This document shows positions 34,477 to 47,523 of a stretch of 64,000 bases of DNA, one piece after another. The translations under genes were made by a program, and so were the position numbers. Source of the stretch: Azolla caroliniana (Eukaryota > Plantae > Polypodiophyta). Below the pieces are notes generated by a model. It made no database searches. It had not been told where the DNA came from and worked only from the letters and a program-made list of their open reading frames with translations. How positions within the stretch are numbered: the first letter of the stretch is position 1; every line of letters begins with the position of its first letter. The stretch covers positions 12,524,001 to 12,588,000 of the forward strand of contig JBHGNT010000008.1 of the NCBI GenBank assembly GCA_043228905.1, in the 5' to 3' direction.

Positions 34477-35469
34477 TGTTGAGAGAACAATCTCAACCGG
34501 ATCCGGATCGACTGAATAAGCCAAAGCCGCATCGTATCCGGATCAGTGTCCGGATAGCATTTGGAACCTCAAGCCGGATTGGGGATCGGAGAGACGGATT
34601 CGTGTGTGAACCAATAGGCCGTTAAAGGCCTACGCTTCTAGACTACTAGGTAGTTAATGTTCTTGTAGTTAGTGTCAAGGGCTTAGTACGAGCATTGAAA
34701 TACCTGTCAGTACTACGGTCAGTCCTTCAAGGACTTGTATAGAGCACATTGTATGTACAAAGAGTCTTTTAGTGTTTTTTGGAATATACACGTTTATGTG
34801 TTCTACTCTAACTTTGTCTCTCCCGTGTAAGGTTCCATTAAACTTGTATCTGTATTCTTGTGCTATCGGGACGAGCCGGTTTGTCTTAACTTCCACAATC
34901 GTATTCTTTTATATGGTGTCAGAGCACAAGGGTTAAGAACCTCTACAACCGACAAGCATTTTCTGAAGACAAACCTTAACACCCGGTAAAGAACATACAG
35001 AAGAAAATTATGGACCGAGGAATGGCTAGCTCGCTCCCGACGGAGAAGCTCGACAGATCCAACTATGCATCTTGGTCTTACAAGATGCATCAATACCTGC
35101 TTGGGCATGATTATTGGAGTTATGTCAACAAACCCAACGATACGGCACCTGATGCGGCACACAAGGACTTCCCAACTTGGTGCCAAGAGCCGGCGAGAGA
35201 AGACCACAACGGATTGTTGGTATTGTGGCCGAAAGGGCCACAAAGAGAGCGAATGTAGGAAGAAGCGCGCGATTCAGACAAATTCATATTCGGCAAGGCC
35301 GGTCGAGCAAACCAACAAAGCTCGCACTACGCTGAGGAATCGGAAAAATCCGATTCCGAAAATGGAACAGGTCTAGCCTTTGTGATGAAACACAAGGTTA
35401 ATTCGATGAAGAAGACCACTTCCGGTTCCAATGAAGTGTGATATGTTGAATATGGAGCATCAAATCATA

Positions 35470-35952
35470 TGGGAAATCGGTCCCTCCGGATGGGATCCGA
35501 CTATGAATGGAGAAGACCCGGTGAGAACCAGAAGTGAAGACAGATTTGTAAATATGTCTTGAATAAACCCATTGAGGCTATATTTGTAAATAGCCCTAAG
35601 GTCATATTTGTAAATATGACTTAGGGCAATCACCTTATAAGTGTGAGAGATTGTGTGCATTGCATATTGTTGTAACTGTTGTATAGAGACGTAGAGAGAG
35701 ATACAAAGCGATACTCTGTTGTAACCGCCATTGTGTGAAGAAACAGAGCTCGAGGTCGTTGCCTCCGAGTCTCTGATTGTACCCTCTTTTTTCTTCATAG
35801 TGATAGTTGGAGTCTGTGGGCTCCCATGGTTTTTCCCATTCAAATTTTTCCACGTAAACATCCTTGTGTCATTTTTGTGTACTCTCTCGTTCTTTCCATA
35901 TTTGTGATTCAAGACTTGGTTGTGGCCGAGCAATATTCCACGTTTCTTTACA
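35470..35952 (+). mobile_element. LTR of the 52081-type Copia family nested in the Copia protease region
   Basis: TCGGTCCCTCCGGATGGGAT start; ATTTGTAAATAGCC, GTGATAGTTGGAGT and GGTTGTGGCCGAGCA shared with 52081-52752. Confidence 0.8.
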
Positions 35953-36289
35953 ACGACGGAACCGGGCCGGATGCACCCGAACCGAACTCGGACAGGACTG
36001 ATGGATGGCGACGAAATCGGAACCGGACGGCGACCGAACCAAGCCGAACGAATCGGGCTGGATGCAACCAAACTGGGCCGGACGGAACCGGAACTGGATC
36101 AGATGGTGACCGAACTGGGTCGGATGCAACCAGATGGATCATGCGGCGAACTAAAGTAAAGGTTATGTGAACGTATGCAACTAAAGTCAAACTTTATGTA
36201 AAGTAAAGATCATGTGGATGCAGGCAATGGAATTGAAAAAGATGGAGATGGAAGTTCCTTGATGCAAGTGCGAGAAGGGAGGAGAAAAG

Positions 36290-36570
36290 CTATCTCTCGA
36301 TAATCCAAAGAATCCTAATTATCTTATGAAACCCTTATCTCTTATCGAAGCGATAAACCCTAAATTTCCTTACGGAAGCTATCTCTAAAAAACCGGAACC
36401 CTAATAATTTTCTTAACGGAAGCCATATCTCTCGTATAACCATAATTTTCCTTACAAAAGCCATATATATCAAATAGCCCTAATTTGTTTTCTTATGAAA
36501 GCCATATCTCATAAATTTGAAACCTAATTGTTTCTTATCGAAGCCATATCTCACAAACCCTAAACTTTTG
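36290..36570. repeat. Degenerate ~40-bp tandem repeat with telo-box-like AAACCCTAA, inside a probable LTR fragment ending GTGACA (~36740)
   Basis: About 6-7 copies of AACCCTAA..TTTCTTA.GAAGCCATATCTC. Confidence 0.7.
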
Positions 36571-39500
36571 TAATCCCAATCTTGGGATTGATTGTAATTT
36601 TTCTTCTCCTTTGGTAATGAAATTGATTAAACTTTCTCATTTCTATTAATTCTTAAAGTATAAACGCACGAATTTGATATCCTATGGTCAAAGGCCCGGT
36701 CCCGCCTCAAGTTCACGTATCCTTGTCGTATTTTCGTGACACCGAGGACAGTTCATGCGCAAAGAGAAGGGGAAGAAGAAGATGTCAGAGTACAATACCG
36801 GCCGAGCTGAGTCAGATTAGAGCAAATCCGACCCCGACAGAACAAAAAAGGAACCTCTGAGGAAGAGGTCGAAATCAACCGAGAAGGCCACGAAATCGGC
36901 GAATCGGGATTTGCGTTGATCCACCTGCTAGAAAAACCCCTAAAGTGGTACGGGTACAATGAGTATATGGCGCATCATTATGCGTACATGGCAAAGGTGG
37001 CAACCGTGCGTGAGCCGGAGAGCTACGCTGAAGTGGCTAAGGACCCGAATTGGCGAAAGGCCATGGAGGAAGAGATGCACGCACTCACGGTAAATGAGAC
37101 GTGGGATTTAGTCGATGTACTGAAAGGAGTGAAGCTGATAGGTTGTCGGTGGGTGTACAAGGCGAAATACAACGTTGACGCCTCCATCAATGGGTACAAG
37201 GCCCGATTAGTGGCCAAGGGCTATGCGCAACAACACGACATCGATTACAATGAGACGTTCGTGTCGGTCACAAAGATGACGATTGTCCGTGTTTTGCTTG
37301 TGGTGGCAGCGACGAAGGGGTGGCATCTACATCAAATGGATGTGAACACACCGGTTGTATGCCAATTGAAGAAGTCCCTCTAAGGACTCAAGCAAGCCCT
37401 GCGTCCTGGAACGCGAAGATCACGCAGAGACTGTGTCGGATGGGGTTTGCTCCGTCGAGATCAGACTCTTCTCTCTTCATCCGGCAAGGTCAGAATGAGC
37501 CGATGAGCATATTGCTCTATGTGGATGATCTTGTCATCGCTGGTGCCAACCTAGACGAAATCGGCCACGTCAAATCCCGGCACGCGACATCATTTGAGAT
37601 GAAGGATCTAGGCGACCTTCATTACTTCCTCAGGATCGAAGTGATCCGAATCCCCAAAGGCATATAGATCAGTCAATGCCACTATGTCCTGAGTATGCTC
37701 TTCAAATTCGGTATGACAGAATGCAAATCCATCTCGACTCCTTTGGACCGGAATATAAAGCTTTGCCTTGACTCCGGAACGACATGCGACCCGAAAACAT
37801 TCCGATAGATAGTCAGAAGCCTTATCTATCTGACCATGACCCGGCCGGACCTCAACTATCTGATTGGATTGATCAATGAATTTATTGCACATCAGATTGT
37901 GGAGCACCTTCAGTGTGTGCACCGAATCCTGAGATACGTCAACGGCTCTAAGGCTAGGGGTTTGTTGTATCAGACCGGTGTAGCCGAACAATTTGTCGGC
38001 TACACGATGCCGATTGGGCCGGAAATGTCTGCGACCGCAGGTCTACATTTGGATATGCGTTTTTACTTAGAAGCGTCACGATCGCCTAAAGCAGCAAAAA
38101 GCAATCGATAGTGGCACTATCGAGCACTGAGACCGAGTACCGAGGAGCAGTTGTCACAACGTGTGAAGCCATATGGCTCAAGAGGTGCCTGAAGGATCTG
38201 CGAGTAGTGGTGTCTGATCCGATGACAATCTATTGCGACAACCTCATCAACATCCAGCTGGCAAAGAACCCCGTCTTTCACGCCCGAACTAAGCACATCG
38301 AGGTGCACTATCATTTTGTCTGCAAGCACGTTCTCTCCGGTGAAGTGGAACTGCTGCATGTTTCGATGGATCGGCAGGTGGTTGATATCTTCACCAAGCC
38401 CCTTAGGCTTAAACAAGTTGCAGCAATTTTCCGGTGCACTAGGTGTGCAATACCTCGATATGCCAAACTTGAGGGGGAGGAATGAAAGGAGGAATGAGAA
38501 AGATGATCAGGAAGCCGAGTCGGATACCAATTCCGACTTCGGCCTGACTGAAGAAGTCGAAGTGCACGGGTTGGCTGAGAAAGTCGAGACCAGATGCAGG
38601 GGGAGCCACAGGAACGGAAAGCCCAAGCTAGAGCCAATCGAAAAAGGGGGAGGCAAACCCAGAATGACCGAGACACGGACGTGGGCTGATGTCATGAAAG
38701 GTCTAGGAATCGAAGAAGAATCGGAGACAACCGATTCGGTTGAGAGCAGAAATGAATCGGATGTACCCGATTCAATCAAAATGATCGATTCGGAGGAGCC
38801 AAATCTACGATGGGCCAAGTGGACAAAAAGGCAGCCAAAGCCGAAGCTGAGACGGAGGAACCAACGGGTCAAGGGGCGCCAACACCGCGACAACAAGGGA
38901 GCTGATAAGGGCCAAAGGAGCAGACAAGCCGACCAAGAAGGTCGAGGAAAGAGGAACCGGACCGGATGAGGAGTGCGAGTAAGGTGCATGAGCGCAAGAA
39001 GGAGCCGAGGAGAGGACCGATTGGCACTACCACAAACACTGAGACAACAATCCGACCTCAAGTTGAGCTTGAGGGGAAGTGTTGAGCGAAGAAGCTCAAC
39101 CACATCCGGATCAGTTGAATAAGCCAAAGCCGGACCGTATCCGGATCGTTGTCCGGATAACATTCAGAACCTAGATCCAGATGGGGGATCGGAGACCCCG
39201 ACTTGCATGTGAAGCAATAGGCTATTAGAGGCCTACACTTCTAGACTACTTAGCTAGCGAATGTTCTTGTAGTTAGTGTCAGGGGCTCAGTACGAGCATT
39301 GAAGTACCTATCAGTACTTCGGCCAGTCCTTCAAGGACTTGTATAAATAGTTTTGTTGAGCACATTGTATGTACAAAGAGTTTTTTAGTGTTTTTTGGAA
39401 TATATACGTTTATGTGTTCTGCTCTAACTCAGTCTCTCCTGTGTAAGGTTTCCATTAAACCTGTATTTGTATTCTTGTGCTATCCGAATGAGCCAGTTTA

Positions 39501-40197
39501 TCTTAACTTCCTCAATTGTATTCTTTTACATATGTCCTATAGCGCACACTCGAGTCTATTTGCACCCAAATCATAAACAAGGGAAATTGCGGCCACAGAC
39601 AATGCAGGGTGTGTACCCAAGGGCACGTGCGATCCGCATCATTAAATCTTTATCAAAAAATGTGTGCAAGTTTTTGATAGTCTGACTTTGTCAGCTTCTG
39701 TCATCAATGACCCGACTCTCTAATTGCAATAGCTAGACCGGCTCAAGTCAGGAGCCCGACCAACTCGCAGGAGCCCAACTCAACGCTTGACATCAACAAC
39801 TTAAAAAAACTTTGTAAGTGTAAAACAAAAACTGACATCAAAATCTCGAAGTTTTAAATATATAAAACTTCCACCATTAAAATTAAAACGCAGACAATTC
39901 TTCTTCCTTCCCGAAGTAAAATAAAAAGTAAGATATCATTCCAAACACCATTCCATCTCAGATTTCACCAAAGCACCAAAAATTCAGCCACAAATGACCA
40001 AAAAATGCGTTTTGAAGATACTTAAAACTTCAAATTACACAAACTTCCAACCATAAAAAGTTTATAAGATCACAAGCTACCTAGTGTTGATTTCGAAGAC
40101 CAGAAATCTCCAAAAACCTAGAAATGAAAATTGAATCCATATAAAAGTAGAGATTATGGTTCATGTGGGGAGGATGGCAAAATGCAACCACAAATTT

Positions 40198-41545
40198 TGT
40201 AGCGATCAACATTCGTGTTACGGGCATCACCATAATTTATCCTGTGGTAAGTTGTACTAGTGTGAGGGTTAATCAAGGGCGTAAAGAAGGGAGGATCACT
40301 TTTAATCCTAGGAATTGAGATAACCCATAAGGGCCAAGTGTGAACTTGTTGGGGGCCTTAAGTCAGGCAATAAATATGAGACCTAGCTACACTCATTGGA
40401 CACATAATTCGACTACGTCAAGACTATGACCTTGTGGTGAACAAACTCTTGTTGTGAGTGCGCCAGTACTAAGTACGATTTGATGCCATGGCGGTGGTAT
40501 GCGATGCCGATCAAGACTCGTGTTCGTCTCAATCCCTTCGCTCGGGGGTGGTTAGGTGGATCGACACCCTTCTTTCTCTCGCTTTTCTTATCTATAAATC
40601 TAATATTTCCTTGTCTTATGCTTACATCAGGAACAATCTCTAATATCTGGTATCTAAGCATTTTTTCTAATGTTTCAAAAAAGACCCACGAGCGGTGAAA
40701 TGCATAAAGATTGGAAAGAACACCAAAGGTAGATGAAGAATTATCTTGGGATGACAGTGTTGTGAAGATTTCCGGCAATGGCGAGGAAAATCTCCCGAGA
40801 GCTAGAGAATTGGGCATGGTCACATGTGCAAACGTAAAAGGTAGTTATGCCCATGCACATTAGGAAAAGTGAGAATAAGATGTAAAAGGGTAAGCAAATG
40901 TAAAATGCAAAGGTACGCTAAAAGAATGCACTTTAAATGCACACGTAGGAGAGAAAGGAGGGGCATTTAAGTGGAAGATTGTGGTAGAGATTCCTCTCTA
41001 ACAGGAGAGGAATTCAGGGCCTTCCCGTTGTAATGATGCTCCCCGTCCTTTTGGATATAAAAGGGGAGGGTTGATGTTTGTAAAGGGTTGTTAACTTAAT
41101 AGATTGCTTCTGTCTATTTTAGGCACTTTGTCTTTTTTTGGCCAGAGGCTTCTCTTCCTCTTCTTGTTTTCTATGTTCTTGAGTGCTCTCATAACCCTTT
41201 TGTCACAAGGTGGTGTTGATGCGCCTACCGGAGTCCCTTGTTCGTTGTAGCTAGCCTGTGTGCTAAGGTCCGATTTAGGGCAAGCCTTAGCCTGCACTTG
41301 GCGTTGCGAGCCCGTGAGCTCATCGTCTACGCAACTGAACAGTCTGGTTTCTCTCCTAGGAACTTGGAGGAGAATGTGTTGGTGTTGTCATCCCCTCTGT
41401 GTGTCGTTGTTCCGGTTACTAAGTTCCTTGTGGTTTGGCTAGGTTAGGCAATTGCTAGCTTCATGAAATACACTTGCCAGGAACTGTTGGTCAGAGTGTT
41501 GTCGATGCCAAGCTACTGCCTAGAACTTGAGGGCCTACCGCTTAC
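40198..41545 (+). mobile_element. Possible LTR-derived segment
   Basis: Begins TGTAGCG and contains GATATAAAAGGG. Right terminus and TSD are not convincing. Confidence 0.3.
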
Positions 41546-41548
41546 TAA

Positions 41549-44205
41549 AGGATGTTTGTCCTGGATTGGATGGGTTAGGGGTTCAGTGGTATATACAATA
41601 TTGGGATTTGATAGGTGAGGGACTAACCAAAGCTTATCAATAGGTTTTAGATTCTAGAAATATGCCGCAAGAATGGAATGACCAAAGCTTATCAATAGCT
41701 TATCTACATGATTCCCAAATCAAGTGGTCAATTAGAGGAGCTTTGGCATTGGAGGCCAATTACTTTGTTGAACATTATTTATAAGATATTAGCCGTTAGC
41801 TAGACGTTTACAACCTTATCTTTTTGAATTGATTCCTAATTCTTAGATGGGTTTTATACAAGAGCGAAGTATTTTTTATAATATTATTCTTTTTTGGGAA
41901 ATGGTAGCTTTTGCTAAAGTGCAGAAACAAGAGTTGGTAGTGGTATTTCTAGATTTTGGAAAAGCTTGTGACAGAGTGGATTGGGATTTCATGGAGGGCA
42001 CTTTGCTCAAGATGGGTTTTCCAAACAAATGGATATGAGGTGTTTCAGCATTATATCGTAATGCACATAGTTCACTTTTATTTGTAGGGGATGTTGGTAG
42101 GCGTTTTTCTATTTCAAGATCAGTAAGACAAGGATGTCCACTTGTTCCTTTTCTATTTTTATTAGTATTTGAAGCGTTTTCTATACACTTAAATTCTTAG
42201 CATGTTAATATCAAAGGTTTAACATTACCATTTGCAGATGTTGGTGTCGACAGTGAGTTTGCCGATGATACAACTCTTTATGTTCAAGCCTCACTATTTA
42301 AGTTGTTGCAGGTTCAAAAAGTTGTGGATGACTTCTCAGATGCATCGGGTGCACTGATTAATTGGGATAAATCATCAGGTTTTTGGGTGGCTTCGGGAGA
42401 TCTGCCATTTAATGTACGTAGCACAAGATTCACGTGGATCCCTAAAGGGTAGTCCATGAGGTATTTAGGATGTAGAGTGGGGTTAGGATTAAAGGTAGAA
42501 GATATGATTGCGCCATTGTTGTTAAGATTAAGGAATAAGCTAATATACTGGAATAAGGAAAAGTTATCCCTAGCAGGACGTGTAGTTGTTGCTAATTCCA
42601 TGCTTTTGTCCTCCATTTGGTGGTATATAGTGTCTACATGGTTGTTTTCTAGCTCAATAATGCTTAAAGTTCAACGGCTAGTGCGAAAATTTTATTTGGG
42701 GGAATGCTATTGTAGACAATACTATAACAAAGGTAGCTTGGTCGGTTCTTATACAACCCAAACAAAAAGGAGGTTTAGGTTTGATTGATCCTTTTATGCA
42801 AAGTAAAGCATTACTTGCTAAACATGTTGTTAGGAGTTTATTGCTAGTAGAGGAGTTATGGAAAAAGTTATGGATTTGTCATTTACATAAATTTAAGCCG
42901 TTGGTTGGTGGTCAATGGCGTGATAGTCTTAGATGGTTCTTTAACTCAGATTTTCCATTGCCTAAGTCTATTGTTGGGTGTTTATGTTTTTTTAATGGAA
43001 TTCTAAGGGCATAGGAAAGTATTCTTCAAGCACTTGTTTTTGCGCCACAAAAAACATATCATCAATTCATGCATCAACCGTTGTTATGGAATCCTTTATT
43101 TACTAGTGAAGTTGCATGTGTTTTGGGTTTACGGGCTAGGTTATCTTGGGTTGCAATGGATAGTAGCCCAGCTCGTACAGTTGCAGATTGGCTAAATTTT
43201 TTGTAGACTTCAGTGCAAGACCAAAAGACTAGGGTGTCTAATTTAAGAGGGGCAAACATTATGCTCTATCAAGTGTCAACGGTGTATTAGGTAACACTAC
43301 CAACTTTGCAATTTGATCATTTTTCAGAATTGGCATGGTATGTTTTCGACATTGAATATACTTATAGGAGCTCATTTATATCATCAAAATGGAAGCCTCT
43401 ATTTTTATGAAGTTCTGGATAATGGTAGGTTGTTTTTAGTGGAGGAGGAGTCTTCAATTATGTCTTTTGCCAAGCAGCTGCTAGTGAGAGTAATTGTTAG
43501 ATTAGATAAAAAGATATTTATACATCCTAATCCATTAATTGCTAAGTACTCATCTCCAATGTGGGTTTTACACTCTAGGCTAATTGCTAATTTGCAGTGG
43601 GATCCATCGTATTATGGTTGGAAGCTATCCAGGTCTAACACTTCGCAAACGAAAGTTCTTCCATTTTTCACATATTCGGTGGCGTTGGGTAGAAATTTTT
43701 TGTTAAATGAGATAGAGTTGATACCTGCGAAGAAAAAATATTGGGAGGAAGGTAATGTGTCAACTTTGTATATGTTGAAGTTCTGGAAACAATTTTGGTC
43801 ACTTAAATGTATGAACAAGGTATTGCATTTTAAATGGTTAATGATTCATTATGCATTGCCAATAGGAGCTTTATTGAGGGGAACAATACATGATCGATCA
43901 TGTGGTATGTGTGGTTTTGCATCTGAGACATTGCATCATGCTTTTTGGGAATGTGTTATAGTCAAATGTTTTTGGTCTTGTATTCTTAGGCTTTTAGGTC
44001 GTAAGAACAGGGCAGCTATATTCACGTGGGGTACGCTCTTTTGGGGAATGTTGGCTCAACAAACGGTTTTTTATCATCATCATAATTCATCATTGACTTT
44101 ATATGTGAAAAGTTTTCAGGTGTACGTTACATCAAGTTCCTTGCAGGGAGTCAAGTTCTTTTCCAGTTGTTATGTTTGGAACATTATCTCCTCTTTGGCT
44201 TGACT
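41549..44205 (+). mobile_element. Degenerate 5'-truncated L1-clade LINE (RT plus zf-RVT-like)
   Basis: WRPITLLN, LDFGKACDRVDW, VRQGCPL, FADD, YLG, LSLAGRVVV, C..C...ET.HH.FWEC. Confidence 0.85.
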
Positions 44206-44206
44206 T

Positions 44207-45215
44207 TGGTGGTATACAACGAGATGGTGATGTGGTCATGGAAGCATTTCTATTTGGTAAGGATGAGTGATGGTGTTGTCGGGGGCTGAAGCTGATTTTT
44301 ATGAGGAGATGAGGACAACACATTCACTCTAATTTTGTTTGTACAAGATTTTTGTGGTGAACGAATAGATGGTTGATGTGGAAAATGAAGCACATTTTAT
44401 TTCTGTATAGGATGAGTGACAATGGTGTAGGGGGATGAGGCATAATTTCATGAGGGAATTAGAAGAGTAATCTCATTATTTTTTTGTAGGTACAGGTCCT
44501 TGGTGGTATACAATGAGATGGTTGATGTGGTCATTGAAGCAAATTTGCATATTTCATTTTTTTAAGGATGAGTGAACCATGGAATTGGGCGGTAAACAAA
44601 TAGACGATTGATGTGGAAAATGAAGAATATTGTCTATTTTGGTAAAGGATGAGTGACGATGGTGTCGGGTGAAGAAGCGGAATTTCATGAGGGGATCAAG
44701 AGAGAGTGTCACTATGTTTTTTGGTATAGGTTCTCGGTGGTATAAATTGAGATGGTTGATGTGGTCATTGAAGCAAATTGTCTATTTTTTAAGGATGATG
44801 AATCATGGTGGTGTTGGGGGTTGAAGCTATGTTTTTATGAGGGGATGAGGATAGCACATTCACTCTATTTTTGTTTGTATAGTACTTCAGTGGCAAATGA
44901 ACAGACAGTTGATGTGGAACACGAAGAACATTGTCTATTTTGGTAAAGGATGAGTGACGATGTTGCCAGGGGAAGAAGCGGAATTTCATGAGGGAATTAA
45001 GAGAGTAGTGTTATTATGTTTTTGTTTGGTATGTACAGGATTTGCTATGCTACGACGAGATGGTTGATGTGGACGTTGGTGGTAATCAACGACATGTTGG
45101 TTGGGGAAAAGGAACATATTCTCTTTGTTTGATAAGGATGAGTGATGATGTTGTTGGGGGCTGAAGCAGACTTTCATGAGGGGACGAGGAAAATAAAAGC
45201 ATTTTCTTTTCCAGG
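44207..45215 (+). repeat. Degenerate ~145-bp tandem array, 7 units alternating A/B types
   Basis: Units start near 44208, 44354, 44501, 44589, 44737, 44890 and 45046; shared GATGGTTGATGTGG, AGGATGAGTGA, TTTCATGAGGGG. Confidence 0.85.
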
Positions 45216-45329
45216 TGATTGTTGTATTTGGCGAAGTATATTCCGAATTAATATACCTAGAAGTCTACGATTCAGAACTTCAACGCAATGCACGTACACA
45301 CATGTTGAAGGAAACAGATGTAGAGACAA

Positions 45330-45656
45330 CAGGGAAAGTTTGGTGTTTACAAATGCAACACCCAACGATTATGTTGTTTCTGTACTTTTGAAAGCTTGTG
45401 CTAAGCTGAAAGTTGTGGAAAATGGCCAACAAATACATGCATATATTTGTGGAAATAGGGCAGTGGAAAGTAATGCTTTTTATTTAATGGACATGTATTC
45501 AAAATGTTGTAGGATAGATCGAGGAAGAGATGTATTCGATAAGATCTGAGTTCGTGATGTGGTGTCATGGAAGGCATTAATAGCACGACATGGTCTTAAT
45601 GATTGATATCAAGAAGCGTTGGAAGGTTTCGAGCATATGTAATGTCAAGGGATCAA
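45330..45656 (+). pseudogene. PLS-class pentatricopeptide repeat (PPR) gene fragment
   Basis: PNDYVVSVLLKACA...GQQIHAYI...LMDMYSKC.RIDRGRDVFDKI*VRDVVSW; stops and deletions present. Confidence 0.8.
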
Positions 45657-47402
45657 GGAAGAAGCAATGTGTGGAGCGAATGCTGATCGGAAAATGCTGA
45701 GAATGCACGATAGATGGTTCTAGAAGAAGTAACACGAAGACAACTGGAATCAGAACTGGCAAAAGAAAGCCAATATGTTAACATAGAAGGGCTGAAGCAA
45801 ACGAAGAAGGAGACGTAGACGTAGACCAACATACATCAACGACAAGAAAACCAAACAATGCCAGAAAGACACGGCCGGACGCACTCGAGAAAGACAACCA
45901 GAAAGACACGGTTGGACGGGCCGGAGAGACACATAACGACTAGAAAGACAGCCAGAAAACACGACCGGACAGGTGGGATGAAGAGACACGACTAGGGGGA
46001 GATAGAAAAAAGAAGAAGAAGAAAAAAGAATGGTTAGAAGGGACAACAGAGTGAGTCAATACGTATGTGAACACATGCACATGTGTGTGCATGTGGACAT
46101 ATACAAAGAGGTGTGAGTGAGTGATTAGTGTGAATGGACAAGGGGGCTTGCACCCCTGTGTATCTACCCTATTATCATCATAATCATCATCCCTAACCCT
46201 AAAACCTACAACACTTTTTGGCGACCACAATGGCGAATCCCACCTTGAACGAAGTCAATGCATATATGTGGTAGAAATGTGCGAGTAATGATGATGAAGA
46301 TGTGCGAGAGGAAGTCACGAAATGATATGCGGTGTTGCGATGCACGAGTAATGGAACCATTATGGCTGCGAGTGTGCGAGAAATGGTGAAGATGTTTGGA
46401 AGATGTCAATGAATGCTATGCGACGATGTATATGTGCAAGTATGGGAAATGATGACGTTATGCAAGAGGGCGAGAATGGAAACAACGTTTGTGTGAGTGT
46501 GAGGTTAGCGACAACGTGCATGTTTCAAAAAACTGGTTGCACGATGCAACATAAACACGGCCGGACGAACAATGATGGAGAAGGAATCGGCAAAGAAACT
46601 CCGGATACAAGTAACATAGAGGAATCGGTGCCAACACGACTGGAAAGAGAAGCCCACCAGGAGATTGCAGAGGAAGAAGCAATGTGTGGAGCGAATGCCG
46701 ACAGGAAAATGCTGAGAATGCACGGGAGATGGTTCCAAAAGAAGTAACGCGAAGACAACCGAAACCAGAACTGCCAACAATATGTTAACATAGAAGGGCT
46801 GAAGCAAACGGAGAAGGAGATGCAAACACAGACCGACATACATCGACGACAAGAAAAACAAACAACGCCGGAAAGACACGGTCGGGCGCACCTGACAAAG
46901 ACAACCAAAAAGACACGGTTGGACGGGCTAGAGAGACACACAACGACTGGAAAGATAGCTAGAAAAACATGACCGGACAGGTGGGATAAATAGACACAAC
47001 TAGGGGGAGATAGAAAAAAGAACAACTAGAAGGGACAACAGAGTGAGTCAATACGTATGTGAACACATGCATACGTGTGTGCATGTGGACATATACGAAG
47101 AGGTGTGAGTGAGTGATTAGTGTGAATGGACAAGGGGGCTTGCACCCCTGTGTATCTAGCCTTTTGTAACTATTTAACCCCTTATGGGGAATGAATGAAC
47201 AATAAAGAAATAGTTCTCTCTCTCTTGTTATCTCTCTTTCTCTCTCTCTTCCCTTACGTTGAACCCCCTTGGGAGGGGGGTGGAGCCATTCTAGGCACCG
47301 ACCCCCACCCCACAATGCTTCTCAACATCTTCGCCATCTCCATCCCTATCACCACCCTATTATAATCATAATCATCATCCCTAACCCTAAAACCTACAAT
47401 AC
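45657..47402 (+). mobile_element. Duplicated ~500-bp block ending in hairpin plus CTAG (Helitron-like 3' end)
   Basis: 45657-46167 is homologous to 46672-47157. Both end AGGGGGCTTGCACCCCTGTGTATCTA(G). CCCTAACCCTAAAACCTA tract duplicated at ~46190 and ~47378. Confidence 0.45.
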
Positions 47403-47486
47403 CCACTCATCAGGGCCTGTATATAAAGTGTTCTCTGAGCACATTCGTTGTAGTCGAGTATTGAGTCATTCATTGTTTGCTCTACT

Positions 47487-47523
<37 letters not shown>

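Larger units (their letters stand above)
34477..39530 (+). mobile_element. Decayed Ty1/Copia element with 5-bp TSD TATGT and nested LTR fragments
   Basis: LTRs 34477-34913 and 39080-39530, PBS TGGTGTCAGAGC (34914), PPT GAGGGGAAG (39071). gag EKLDRSNYASW; RT YKARLVAKG, QMDV, LYVDD; RNase H SSTETEY, HARTKHIEV. Integrase largely missing. Confidence 0.9.
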
